From Azolla caroliniana (Eukaryota > Plantae > Polypodiophyta): DNA of 64,000 nt. The notes beneath the pieces were generated by a model. That model did not search any database. It was not told the origin of the DNA and was given only the letters and a program-made list of their open reading frames with translations. Below are positions 1 to 11,130 of the stretch, one piece after another (within the stretch, counting starts at the first letter, position 1; every line of letters starts with the position of its first letter). Where the stretch lies: assembly GCA_043228905.1 (NCBI GenBank), contig JBHGNT010000008.1, positions 18,476,001-18,540,000 on the forward strand, given 5' to 3'. The translations under genes were made by a program, and so were the position numbers.

Positions 1-2
1 TC

Positions 3-499
3 AACCGACTCATCAAGCTCTTCTCAAACCCAGATGATTGGGTTTTGGATTTGTTCTCTGGCACATGTATATGTAATTATATAATTTTAGTCTCGTTAAT
101 TTGATTAAGTTATAGACTTTCATTATTATTTTGACTTCTGCAATTCTATTTTACGATCAGGTACTACTACAACTTGTGCATTAAAAATGTTCAGAAACTA
201 TGTAGCGACAAGTTAACAACATCAAAATGAGGATCCAAGGAATCTGGGATTGTCCGGATCAAGATCAAGAAGTCGGAGCCAAGCACATCAATGAAATAGA
301 AAGTTTTAAGATAACTTCGAGAGAGCTAATGGAACCTATAGATGAAGAAACAGAGGACCTTGTGGACCTAGAAGATGTAACAGAATCTGAACATATGCAC
401 GGTTCAGCAGAGTAGAGAATCGATGCTATAGAGGACAATTTAGAAGAGTCCATTCATTCAGAGGAACCCACGTTGCTTGACTTGCTTATACTAGATTGA
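3..499 (+). pseudogene. 3' part of a spliced N4-cytosine/N6-adenine (N6_N4_Mtase, beta-class-like) DNA methyltransferase; degenerate and 5'-truncated by the window edge
   Basis: 3-66 translates NRLIKLFSNPDDWVLDLFSGT. GT..AG intron 67-160. From 161 it continues (C/G)TTTTCALKMFRNYVA, then after a frameshift QVNNIKMRIQGIWDCPDQDQEVG plus an acidic tail (ORF 227-415; in-frame TAG 413-415; TGA 497-499). This fits the motif X/I pattern LIxxxSxxxDxVLDxFxGxGTTxxxAxxxxRxxI of N6_N4_Mtase enzymes. Confidence 0.8.
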
Positions 500-525
500 T
501 TTCTATGGCTGTGTATTATTTGAAC

Positions 526-784
526 AATAGTACGTAAAATTCGTGTTCGTCTAGCATAACATTCGTTTTCCTACGTTGGAAAACAAATGCGAATGTTATT
601 CAAACATTCTTGTGTTTTTTTTTGTTTTTTTCCCATTTTTTAGGCTTATTTACTTCATAATAAATAGTTAATCCAAAAGTATGGTGTTTAATATTTATCA
701 TTCTTTGAGGGTGTTTTTCTTACGCGAATGATTGAAACATTCACAAATGCGAATGCACGTATGGTGCGTATGGTTCATATTATG
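526..784. mobile_element. 259-bp non-autonomous hAT element (MITE), family A
   Basis: Perfect 8-bp TSD ATTTGAAC (518-525 / 785-792). Ends resemble CATAGTACG..CATAYTATG. Homologous, in opposite orientation, to 3389-3647. Confidence 0.85.
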
Positions 785-938
785 ATTTGAACGATACTAA
801 ATGTTAGACAGTGACTTGTGACTATTGTTTCATTTGAACACAATTAAAACTTAAAGTTTGAGTTTATTTAACCTTATGCATTTCCTGACTTATTGATTTA
901 TATGGCAAAGTGTATAATTTAAATGGTATTAATGTTTT

Positions 939-1026
939 ACATGTTCTTCAACCTTTCTTTGGAAATTTTGAAAGGGTGTTTATAGATGATTTTGCCATCA
1001 ATAGTGCAAGGATGGGTCATCTAGAA
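939..1026 (+). pseudogene. Isolated ~90-bp Ty3/gypsy reverse-transcriptase fragment
   Basis: Translates HVLQPFFGNFERVFIDDFAINSARMGHLE, the catalytic (Y/F)xDD region of gypsy RT. Confidence 0.6.
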
Positions 1027-1469
1027 ACGATGTGTGTGGATAATCTTTAATGTTTGAATTATGTATAATTTGAAGGGTATTAAATGTTTATCTTGACTTC
1101 TAACTTCTAGAGTTAGACCACTATTAATTTTTAAAGTTTGACATTATTTCACTATTACATTTCTTCACTTGTTGACCATTATGTTTTTCTATAATAATCT
1201 AGTTTGGGGTAGACACATGATTTTCTTTGTAATTGGATAATTAAATGTGTAATCCGGATTCTATACACATGGAAGATGTCAAGTACCATTAGCTGCAATA
1301 ATGTTGGTAATGCATAATTACTATGTTCATATGTAACTTCGAGATGTATTGTGTGTGATTATATTTTAAAATTAGCATCAGTGACATTCTTGGAGTGGGG
1401 TGCTATTTTTATCTTCACCACAATTATGGTTCAAAATTTTAAAGTTGCATGTAATTCCATTCCGTTAAT

Positions 1470-4400
1470 TTAGAATTTACATGTTTCAAATGTCCTGGTG
1501 TTTACAGTAATGTTGAATGCAAATATGATCAATATTCGGAATGCAATTGCTTGTTTTGTGCCATGGAAACCGGGCTTTGATCTAGTTGAAATGTTGAATT
1601 CGGGGCATCATCTAACCTCAATTTCCGAGGTTTTCCCGTGAATCCCTAAGGAATACATCGTTGTACTTCCATCAATCGCAACAAGAATTGGCACGATTCT
1701 TCCACCTTGCGAGGAGGCATTAGAAACAAAGCTAACAGGATACCCATTAATTCGAATATTAGTTTCCTCAATGGAAAATTTACCTACTCATGTACTTTTA
1801 CCTTCACTCACTAGGATTTCGATGTTCATGCAAAAATTGGAGTATGTAGGTATGCCTGGACAATGTTTTTATTGTAAACAGAAAGGCCACATGCTAAAAG
1901 ATTGTCCAAAAAAAGAAGGGATTTAGACCCCAGAATGGTACAAGTAATGTGCATACAGATTGTAACCATGTTAACCCGGATAAGAGTCAACAATAACATC
2001 TAGTTGAGGGAACTGAGAAAGGGGAAAAGTATTCAACCATCCAAGGATGAGATGTGGAGACCAATTGAAAAGAGACACTCAATACCCAATAAGTGCATAG
2101 AATCTAAGGATGCTTAACTAAGTATAGGTCACTATGATGCCATACAGGAATTAGATAACTCTTTGTCTCAAAATGATGTTAAGATATGCCAAATTAGTAA
2201 TATTTCTAAACAATTTACTCCTAGTGGAGAAGAGACTGAATCAATCCATAATCTTGTTATGGCCACTCAGAGTAAAACAACAACAATATCAAGTAAACAA
2301 CATTTGAACTTGAGTAATACATCACCGCCCCTTCACAGATCTATAAAACAATCATCGAGCTTGAGAGGGTTAAATGTGAACTTCATTCGCACAATCCCAA
2401 TAAACTCTCAAGTAGAAAATACTTGTGTTTTTGTAGTCACTCGATGGAATGCCACATATGGGTTTGATTTTTTTGAATTTTTGGGAGACATGGTTGATAA
2501 TGGCAATGCATCAATACGTGTTCATGTTCTTTTCAAGACTATGCATTCTCTTGTAGGATTTTCTTTTCCTTTTTGTGGATATGATAAATAAACACGGGTG
2601 GCAACGGATGTTCAATTGGCTTTTAGACAACAAACATTACACTTCGCAAAATATGTTAATTGTGACAATTTTGGGGAAGTAATATTAAGGGGACTTGAGG
2701 CAACAAATATACAACTTTTGCCAGTATCTGATGTGATGCGGCGAAGGCAAGTGGTTGTTTCCTTAGCTTCTGAGATCCTTCCAAATTGTGGATATACCTA
2801 TATTCATGAGGATGGGTTATCGAAAGTCGAGTATTAGCTAAAGCTCATCATCATTATAGAATGGTACATGATGCGATACCTTTATCATGTTCGATAAGTA
2901 GTGAGCAAGATGGCAATGAGGCCAATCTAGAGCCATTAGCGAAAAACATGAAAATGACGTCACAACAACCTAAGTTTCCTTAAATGCGAGTGATGTCATG
3001 GAATGTTCAAGGGTTAGGGGGGCCCTTATATAGACGATACAAACATTGTCTCCATCAAGAGATTAACAAATGCGTAGTGGGTGGATCCCTAGATTTTCTT
3101 TTAATACAAGAACATCATTTAAATACTTTTAGAATTTCTCGTTATGGTTCTATTTTATCTGGAATCTAGGACATGTTTTTGTCCCCCACAGTAGGCAACA
3201 CGGAAGTTCGTGGTGGGGTTTGTATTTTTGAGAGCTAGATTCCATCCATTATCCAAAAACAAGTGGTTATTCCTAGAAGGGCTCAATATGTTATTATGCA
3301 AGAGGAAGAGATTATATAGGGACTCTTGAATATATATATGCTCCCAATATTGTCTCTGCTCGGCAACAAATTTGGAAAGAATTATTAACATAGTATGAAC
3401 CATACGTACTTCACATGCATTCGGATTCGAGAATGTTTCAATCATTCGAGTATAGTAAATGCCCTCGAAGTATGGTAAATACCATACTTTTGTATTTATT
3501 ATTTATTATAAGGTTTATTTTTTTAAAGTTTAGAAAGTTAAGGTAAAGTGTAAAAAAAACATAGAATGTTTTGATAACATACGCATTTGTTTTCATTTGT
3601 ATGAAAAAGACTGTTTGCCAATGCATTCGAGTATATTACGTACTATGTTGTTAACTATTCTGCCTCCCCTTGATCATTGGTGCATCACTAGTGATTTCAA
3701 CATGCTTGAGGACCCCGTTGATAGAATGGGAGGTAGCTCAACCACGATACATGGCCATGAATTAGCGATGTGGGAACAATTGGGCTTTTCCTTACAAATG
3801 TTTGATGCATGGCACGGTCCTTCGATAGTTCATACAAACACCTCACTTTTGTTTTCAAGATCAGATAGGCATGTAAATGGTACTAATTTTTCTCGTTTGG
3901 ATAGATTCTACGTATCTAGCAAATTTATTTCAGCAACTGGTACAATACATATAATGCAAGGAACTACCTTCTCTAATCATGCTCCAGTTATTCTTTCAAT
4001 CTCGACTCAAACCCTTAAAGAATTTTCCAATCTGAAGATTCCTGAATATCTGTTGTTAGACAATAGCATTTTCTTAAAAGTGGCTGAATTATGGTCTCAA
4101 AAAGATGTTGTACAGGAATCAATGGCTATGCATGTAGCTAATGGCTTACGATGTATTTCAAAAAATTTCAGTTGTAAATCCATAGAGAGGTTTTCTATGA
4201 TACAAGAAAAGGAGAAACGGTCTCGTACTTCATTTGTTTCTCTACAATGATTACAAGAACCTTATCCACATTGTAGTTGGATTGCTAAGAAACTTGGGTT
4301 AGCAAAACAAGAACTTGTTGTATTATTAGAAAAGCATGCAGAATTTCAATATCATCATAGGGCAGCTAATTGGACCCAAATGGGTGATAAATGCACAACT

Positions 4401-6650
4401 GAATTTTTTCATGGAATGAGACCCAATCATAATGCGGTTTCACTCAAACAACTACAACATGAGAATGGAACCATCTCATGTGACCCTCAAGTGATGAGAG
4501 AAATAGCCACACGATACTATTCCAACCTATTATCAGTTGTTTCCTTCTCGGATGAGGATGTAATAAGTCGGTCTTGTGTATGGAATACTTGAGTTCAAGA
4601 ATAACACAATATATGAATATTAGTCTTGAAGACGTTCTTACTTATGAGGAATTGAGTGAGGCATTCAAGGCTTTGCTTAAAAATTGTTGTCCAGGTATGG
4701 ATGGTTTAACCCCAACATTCTTCATTAAATATTGGGACTTGTTCAAAGCATATTTATGTACAACATTCCAACAAATTCTTGGAGAGGGTAATATGCCTTC
4801 ACATTTTATAGAAGGACTAATTTACCTTATCCCTAAATAAGAAGGTCCTTCATTGGACATCAAGAAATGTCACCCGATTAAATGATTGAATACGGTGTAT
4901 AAAATCCTAGCTAAAGCAATTAGTATACGACTTAGTACTATAATGCCTATAGTTATACATCTGACTCAAACATGATTCATTCGGGAAAGGAGCATTTTGG
5001 ATCATGTTTATACGTTTTGGGAATCTGCTGACTTGGCAGCCAAATCTAATCAAAAGTTGGCCATTGTTATGCTTGATTTTGAGAAAGCTTGTGACCGTGT
5101 TGACTGGGAATTTTTACAAGGTGTATTGGCTCGTTTTGGTTTCTCAACAGAATGGATAAAAGGTATTTCTTCCTTATATAATTCTGCACAAAGCTGAGTC
5201 TTACTAGCTGGGAATTATGGACCTTTGTTTTCTATTCTCGATCAGTTCGTCAGGTTGTCCTTTGGCTCCTTTCCTATTTCTGTTTTTTGCTGAGGCAATG
5301 ATTTCTTTTTTGAATGCTGGTGATATTGGTATACAGGGAGTACGCATCCCACTCTCACGTATAGAAGTAAGGGATGCTAAATTTGCAGATGACACTGCCC
5401 TATACTTAAAAAGTGATATGGAAAATCTGCAAAAAACAGAATTGGCCATATCCTGTAAGGCTTCAGGTGCACTTGTCAATTGGAACAAGTCCTTTGCATT
5501 TTGGGTGGGGGATGTAGAGCCTCCTTTATGGAATCCACACCTGCAATTTCGATGGATACCATCAGGTTGCCGACTTCGATAGCTATGGTGTATGATAGGT
5601 ATTGATCTCTCAATGGAAAATCAAGTGGCACAACTCCTATTGTCATTGTAGAAAAAGTTATTCTTATGGAGTTTAGCCAAGCTGTCTTTTGCTAGTTGGA
5701 TTGTAGTTGCTAATTAGGTTTTATTGGCTTCAACATGGTATGTTCTATCATGTTGGATATTCTCCAAGTCATGTATTCTGAAAATACGTAGACTGATTCG
5801 TAATTTCTTGTGGTCTAGTAAAACGAAAGGCAATGCTTGGTCTAAAGTGAAATGGGATGTTATTACCTTACCTCGTTTTAAAGGAGGATTAGGTATTATT
5901 GATCCAGTAGACCAATAAAGAGCATTGTTAAGTAAGTTGCTCGTTAAAGGCTTTACGTTGGGGCAAGAGATATGGAAACTATTATTTCTTGATCGTTGTT
6001 CAGATTGCTCTCCTCGCTTAGGTGCCCCCTGGTCCAAGGATGTCAATTGGATATTTAGGGAAAATTTCTGAGTACCTTTAGCCAATAGATGGGAAGACAA
6101 ATTTATCAGGACATTATTTTCAGCATGGAAACAAGTATTACCTAGTTTGCTTCACAATAAACCTAACCTCAAACATTATGTTGAGTATCTTAGATAAAAG
6201 ATAGTCTAGAACCCGTTTTACACTAAATATGGAAGTGTTCATACATTGCCACTGTTGTCATTACAGTTTTCAGGATTAAAGAAGGAAGTCCAGCCAATAT
6301 GGGAGATACTTAGTACCATTGTATATCACATTTGGAAGGCTCAGTGCTCTTTCATTTTCCATCAACTTAAAACACCACCAGTTGAAGTGGTTTCAAATAT
6401 TTGGTTTGACATAGTTGACATACTTCGAAGGGTCAATGGGATGGTATAGTTGGAGATTCTAAGGCTAAAATTGCTCAACAACATGAGTTTCTTATTATCT
6501 GGATAACTACTCCATTCATGACATCCAATTACGACACTCCTTATTGGCATTTTCAACCTCCGAAATGGTTGTTTCCCCTGCTGATCACATAGAGGTTTAA
6601 AATCTTGTAAAACGTCTTTATAGTAATAACAGGATATCCTCTTTTTAAAA
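1470..6650 (+). mobile_element. Degenerate L1-clade LINE, copy 1 (ORF1 with CCHC knuckle; ORF2 APE endonuclease and RT)
   Basis: ORF1 knuckle GQCFYCKQKGHMLKDCP (~1858-1908). ORF2 starts MRVMSWNVQG at 2984 and contains QEHH, IYAPN, DFN, SRLDRFY, SNHAPV, PGMDG, LDFEKACDRVDW and FADD (~5382). Many stops and frameshifts. Confidence 0.93.
3389..3647. mobile_element. 259-bp hAT MITE (family A) inserted in the LINE endonuclease domain
   Basis: Interrupts ...QQIWKELL|TILPPLDHW. TIR CATAGTATG/CGTACTATG. Degenerate TSD TTATTAA(C)/TTGTTAAC. Same length as, and homologous to, 526-784. Confidence 0.8.
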
Positions 6651-6689
6651 AAATACTACATATCATGTAATCCTACAAGAGATTACATA

Positions 6690-8080
6690 GACTTGAAAAG
6701 AACATGAACACGTATTGATGCATTGCCATTATCAACCATGTCCCCCAAAAATTTCAAAAATTCAAACCCATATGTGGCATTCCATCTAGTGTTTGCAAAA
6801 TCACAAGTATTTTCTACTTGTGATTTTTTCGGGATTGTGCAATGAAGTTCGCATTTATCCTTCTCAAGCTAGACGATCATTTTATAGATTTGTGAAATGG
6901 ATGAGATACATTAAGCAAGTTCAAATGTTGTTTAGCTGACACCGTTGTTGTTTTACTCTCAGTGGGCATAGCAAGGGTATTGATTGAGTCGGTCTCTTCT
7001 CCACTAGGAATAGATTGTTCAGAAACGTTACTAATTTGGCATTTCTGAACATCATTTTGAGGCAAAGAGTTATTGAATTCCTATAAGGCATCATAACGAC
7101 TTATACTTACAAGAGCACCCTTAGGTTCTATGCACTTATTAGGTATTGAGTGTCACTTTTTAATTGGTCTCCACATCTCATCCTTCGCAGGTTGAATACT
7201 TTTCCCCTTATCATCCTCAGAGGGCTCGAACATTTTCCCCTTTCTCAGTTCCCTCAATTAGATGTGATTGTTGACTCTTATCCAAGTTAACATGGTTACC
7301 ATCTATATGCGCATTACTTGTACCATTCTGGGTTCTAAATCCCATGTTATTTTTTGAGCAATTTTCTAGTATGTGGCCTTTCTGTTTACGATAAAAATTG
7401 TGTCCAGGCATACCTACATACTTTAATTTTTGCATGAACATCGAATTCCTAGTGAGTGATGGTAAAAGCACCTGAGTAGGTAAATTTTCCATGGAGGGAA
7501 CTAATATTCGAATTGATGGGTATCTTGTTAGCTTCGTTTCTAATACCTCCTCACGAGGAGGAAGAACCATGTTGATTCTTGCTACGATTGATGGGAGTAC
7601 ACCCATGTATTCCATAGGGATTCACGGGAAAACTACAGAAATCGAGGTCAGACGATGCCCCAAATTCAACATTTTGACGGGATCAAAGCCCAGTTTCCAC
7701 AGAACAAAACAAGAAATTGCATTCTGAATATTAATCATATTAGCATTCAACATTACTGTTGTGAATTCTAAATGATAAAAAGCATGCCCAAGGAATTGAA
7801 CATCAACTATTTTCCCGATCTAATGTTGAAAAGTTGTTTGAAGGAGATCTCTCAAATCTCCTCTATTCAACCTTAAGCCTATAACCGTACACTCTATTGA
7901 GTAGGAATGTAGACGACTTACCTCTCTTTTCAGTATAGCTTCTTCTTCCGGCGTAAAGACGACAGTGAAAGCTAACTATGGTGGAGTTGTCATGGGCGTT
8001 GCGTTAGAGTTCCCCTGGTGTACCGTGACAACCATCTTCCTCCTTGTCTCCCACAACGTTCTCTTCAATGTTCGTTGTCT
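6690..8080 (-). mobile_element. Inverted ORF1 segment of LINE copy 2 (same family as copy 1)
   Basis: The reverse complement of 6690-7780 aligns with ~1470-2540 (ORF 7217-7615 ...YVGMPGHNFYRKQKGHILENC). 7780-8080 adds a DUF4283-like N-terminus (…NRGDLRDLL…VDVQFLGHAFYHLEF). Confidence 0.88.
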
Positions 8081-8100
8081 AAGTAGTATGTAATTTATTT

Positions 8101-11100
8101 ATCCATTAGGTTGCCCAGTTCGGTACCTAGGATGTACGATACGTATTGATCTTTCAATGGAAAATCAAGTGGCACCCCTCCTATCGTCATTGCGGAAAAA
8201 ATTGTTAATATGGAGTTTAGCCAAGTTGTATTTTGTTGGTCGGATTGTAGTTACCAATAAGGTTTTATTGGCTTCAACATGGTATGTTCTATCATGTTGG
8301 ATATTTGCCAAGTCATGTATTTTAAAAATACAGAAACTGATTCGTAATTTCTTGTGGTCCCATAAAACGGAAGGCAATGCTCGATCTAAAGTGAAATAGG
8401 ATGTTATTACTTTACCTCATTCTAAAGGAGGATTAGGTATTATTGATCCAGTACACCAATCAAGAGCATTGTTAAGTAAGTTTCTCATTAGAGGATTTAC
8501 GCCGAGGCAAGAGATATGGAAAGTAATATTACGTGAAAATCCACCACTATGTGCAGATCGTGAGGCTGAACCGCCGGGGTTATGGAGATGGATTTAGGGC
8601 TCATACGCATAACACAAGCAAGATTTACAAATAAGAAACATAGGTGAAACAAAACATTAGTTTATTGCAAAATAATAGATTCTTTTATAATATAAGAATC
8701 AAGTTACAACAGGTTGGATGTGAATATGAAGGATTGTTTATAAAGGAATGGGGGAAGAGAGGTGGCGAAAAGAAGAGAGTGGAATATAGAAGGAGTTTCT
8801 TTGTTGATGATGCCTCTTGATGTTGTTGATCATTCTTCTTCCGCTTTCCAATTGAGTAGAGCTTCCATGTTCTTTCTCCCTCCCCCCTTCTTCTTAAAAT
8901 GAGCTCTTATTATAGGTTTAGGATTTCTTGCTTCCTTTCTTTTTTTTTCTTCCTAAAAGTTTGTCTATATGAGTTGAGTTTCTTTTTATCACTATTTCTG
9001 TTCCGTAACGTTGTCGTGAAGATCCGTCACTATGTCTGGATCGTGAGGTGGAACCGTCGAGGTTCTGAACCGGAAGGATTCGAAGTTTGCACTAGTTTTA
9101 GCGAGAAAGTATTTAAGATAGATTAAAAGAGAGAGATTGAGTTAAGATAGAACGCTTGACTTTAGATTGAGAGAGATTGAAATGGAGAGAGAGATTAAGA
9201 TTGAACCCTTGACTTTAGATTTGAGGAATAAGATATATCATCAATTGGATAATGAATTTTCTTCTTCTTCTTCTTCTTCTTTTAAAAATTTCTTGATTAA
9301 TACATCGCCCCTTTTTTATCTTTTTCATCCACTCTTTTATAGATGCCCCCATGCATATGATGCATGTGAGGGTACAAGACATGCATACAATGCATGGAAT
9401 GCATGTGATGCATGTTTGCCATTTGGCGCTCATGCATTACATGTAATGCATGTTAACCGTGTCACTCATTCAAGCTCTAATATGAGAATTTACATGTGAA
9501 AGTATAATGATACAAAAAACATTTCTAGAGAAATGGCTTAGTGGTAAGTTTACTGCCTCCTATCTTGGAGGTGCAAGGTTCAAGCCTTGCTTGCATCTCT
9601 TTGTATACAAATTTTTACTAGGTTTTTTAGTCTAGATGATTTCATTTGTTTCACACCGAAATCGTTGAGATCAACCTTTCCGATCAATCCATCTATCCGG
9701 TCTATTCGGTCCGCATCCGACCCGGTGGACATGGTTAACATGTAATGCATGTTAACCATGTCACTCATTCAAGCTCTAATATGAGAGTTTTAATTCATGT
9801 GAAAGTTTTAATGTTACAAAAAACATTTCTAGAGAAATGACTTGGCTCAGTGGTAAGTTTATTGCCTCCTATCTTGGAGGTGCAAGGTTCAAGCCTTGCT
9901 TGCATCTCTTTGTATACAAATTTTTACTAGGTTTTTTAGTCTAGATGATTTCGTTCGTTTCACACCAAAATCGTCGAGATCAACCTATCCGATCAATCCA
10001 TCTATCCAGTCCATTCGGTCTGAATCCTTCGGGTTTCGTCACCGAACGGTTCCATCGCCATCCGTCCGGTCCTCCAAAACCATTACGAGTAGTTAAGCCA
10101 CAATTTAGCCCAAGAACATTTTGTGCTCCACACATAGACAAAGGGTAATAAGTTATGGCTCTTCTTATATATTGTGGGATCCTGATTTGTCCTATCTATG
10201 TGGGATATCTCATTGTTTTGTTTTTATCGTCTTCTTCTCAAACTTCACATTCACATAACTTGACATTTAGTTGTCTGCTTCAAATGTAATAAAGTACATT
10301 CGGAAGCTCTTGAAGACATCCATCTTTTCGTACCAAGATATTAAACTAATCTGAAATAGTATCTCTACTATTATTGTTTCATATCGTGTGTGAAGAACCA
10401 CACTCGATTTTGTATGTTCCTCGCAATTTTCACATCATTGCCGAAAATCTTCACGACAACATCAAATCTGACATCCAAGCTATTCTTAGAAAGCTCTTTC
10501 TAGTAGCTTTCTTATGTATATTTCCTTTTGTAATTTGGAAATTAGATGATGAAATTACGAGCTTTTTACTCGACCTTGCTCCTCATATCCACGCCTAGCT
10601 TTTCTTTTTCATCTTTTTTTTCTTTTTCATCTTTTTCTCTACTTTTGTCTACTTTTGAAAATCACTTCTAACTTTTTATCCTTTCATTTATTACTATAGT
10701 TGATTTAACAACATTAGTTTATTTGAACCACTATTTTATTCTCTTTTGAGGGTGGTTTCGCACTATGTGTCGAAAACATCACGACACCGTTGTTCAGATT
10801 GCTCTCCTCACTTACGGCCCCCCTGGTCGAATGATGTAAACTAGATATTTAGGGAAAATTCCCGAGTTGCTTCAGGCAATAAATGGTCCACAAAAAATTT
10901 ATTAGGACATTATTTTCAGCATGGAAACAAGTATTACTTGGTTTGCTTCCCAATAAACCCAACCCCAAACATTATATTGAGTATCTTAGACAAAGGATAG
11001 TTTGGAACCCATTGTTTACAACAGTAGATAGTTTAGTGTTGAGTTCTAGACAATGGTTATCGTGGGGAAAAATGACAGAAGGTTCCGCGAAAACAGTTTG

Positions 11101-11130
11101 GACCTGGCAAGGGTTTTTATCGTGTTCGAA
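8101..11130 (+). mobile_element. ORF2 3' segment of LINE copy 2 (8101-8530 and 10787-~11130), split by an LTR-type insertion
   Basis: Highly similar to 5557-6220 (LASTWYVLSCW, KGGLGIIDP). Homology resumes at 10787 (CGTTGTTCAGATTGCTCTCC). Confidence 0.88.
8531..10786. mobile_element. LTR-derived insertion (TGTCGTG..CACGACA family); probably a partial LTR followed by a second LTR starting at 9012
   Basis: Related starts at ~8531 (CGTGAAAATCCACCACTATGT) and 9012 (TGTCGTGAAGATCCGTCACTATGT). Ends CATCACGACA at 10786. Non-coding, with an internal ~305-bp tandem duplication (~9440-9720 vs ~9745-10030). Confidence 0.65.

Noticed and set aside
227-415. Stand-alone 62-aa acidic protein
   Set aside because: Better explained as the frameshifted C-terminus of the methyltransferase remnant.
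1-499. Bacterial contamination as the source of the methyltransferase motif
   Set aside because: It has a canonical AT-rich spliceosomal intron and is contiguous with plant MITEs and LINEs.
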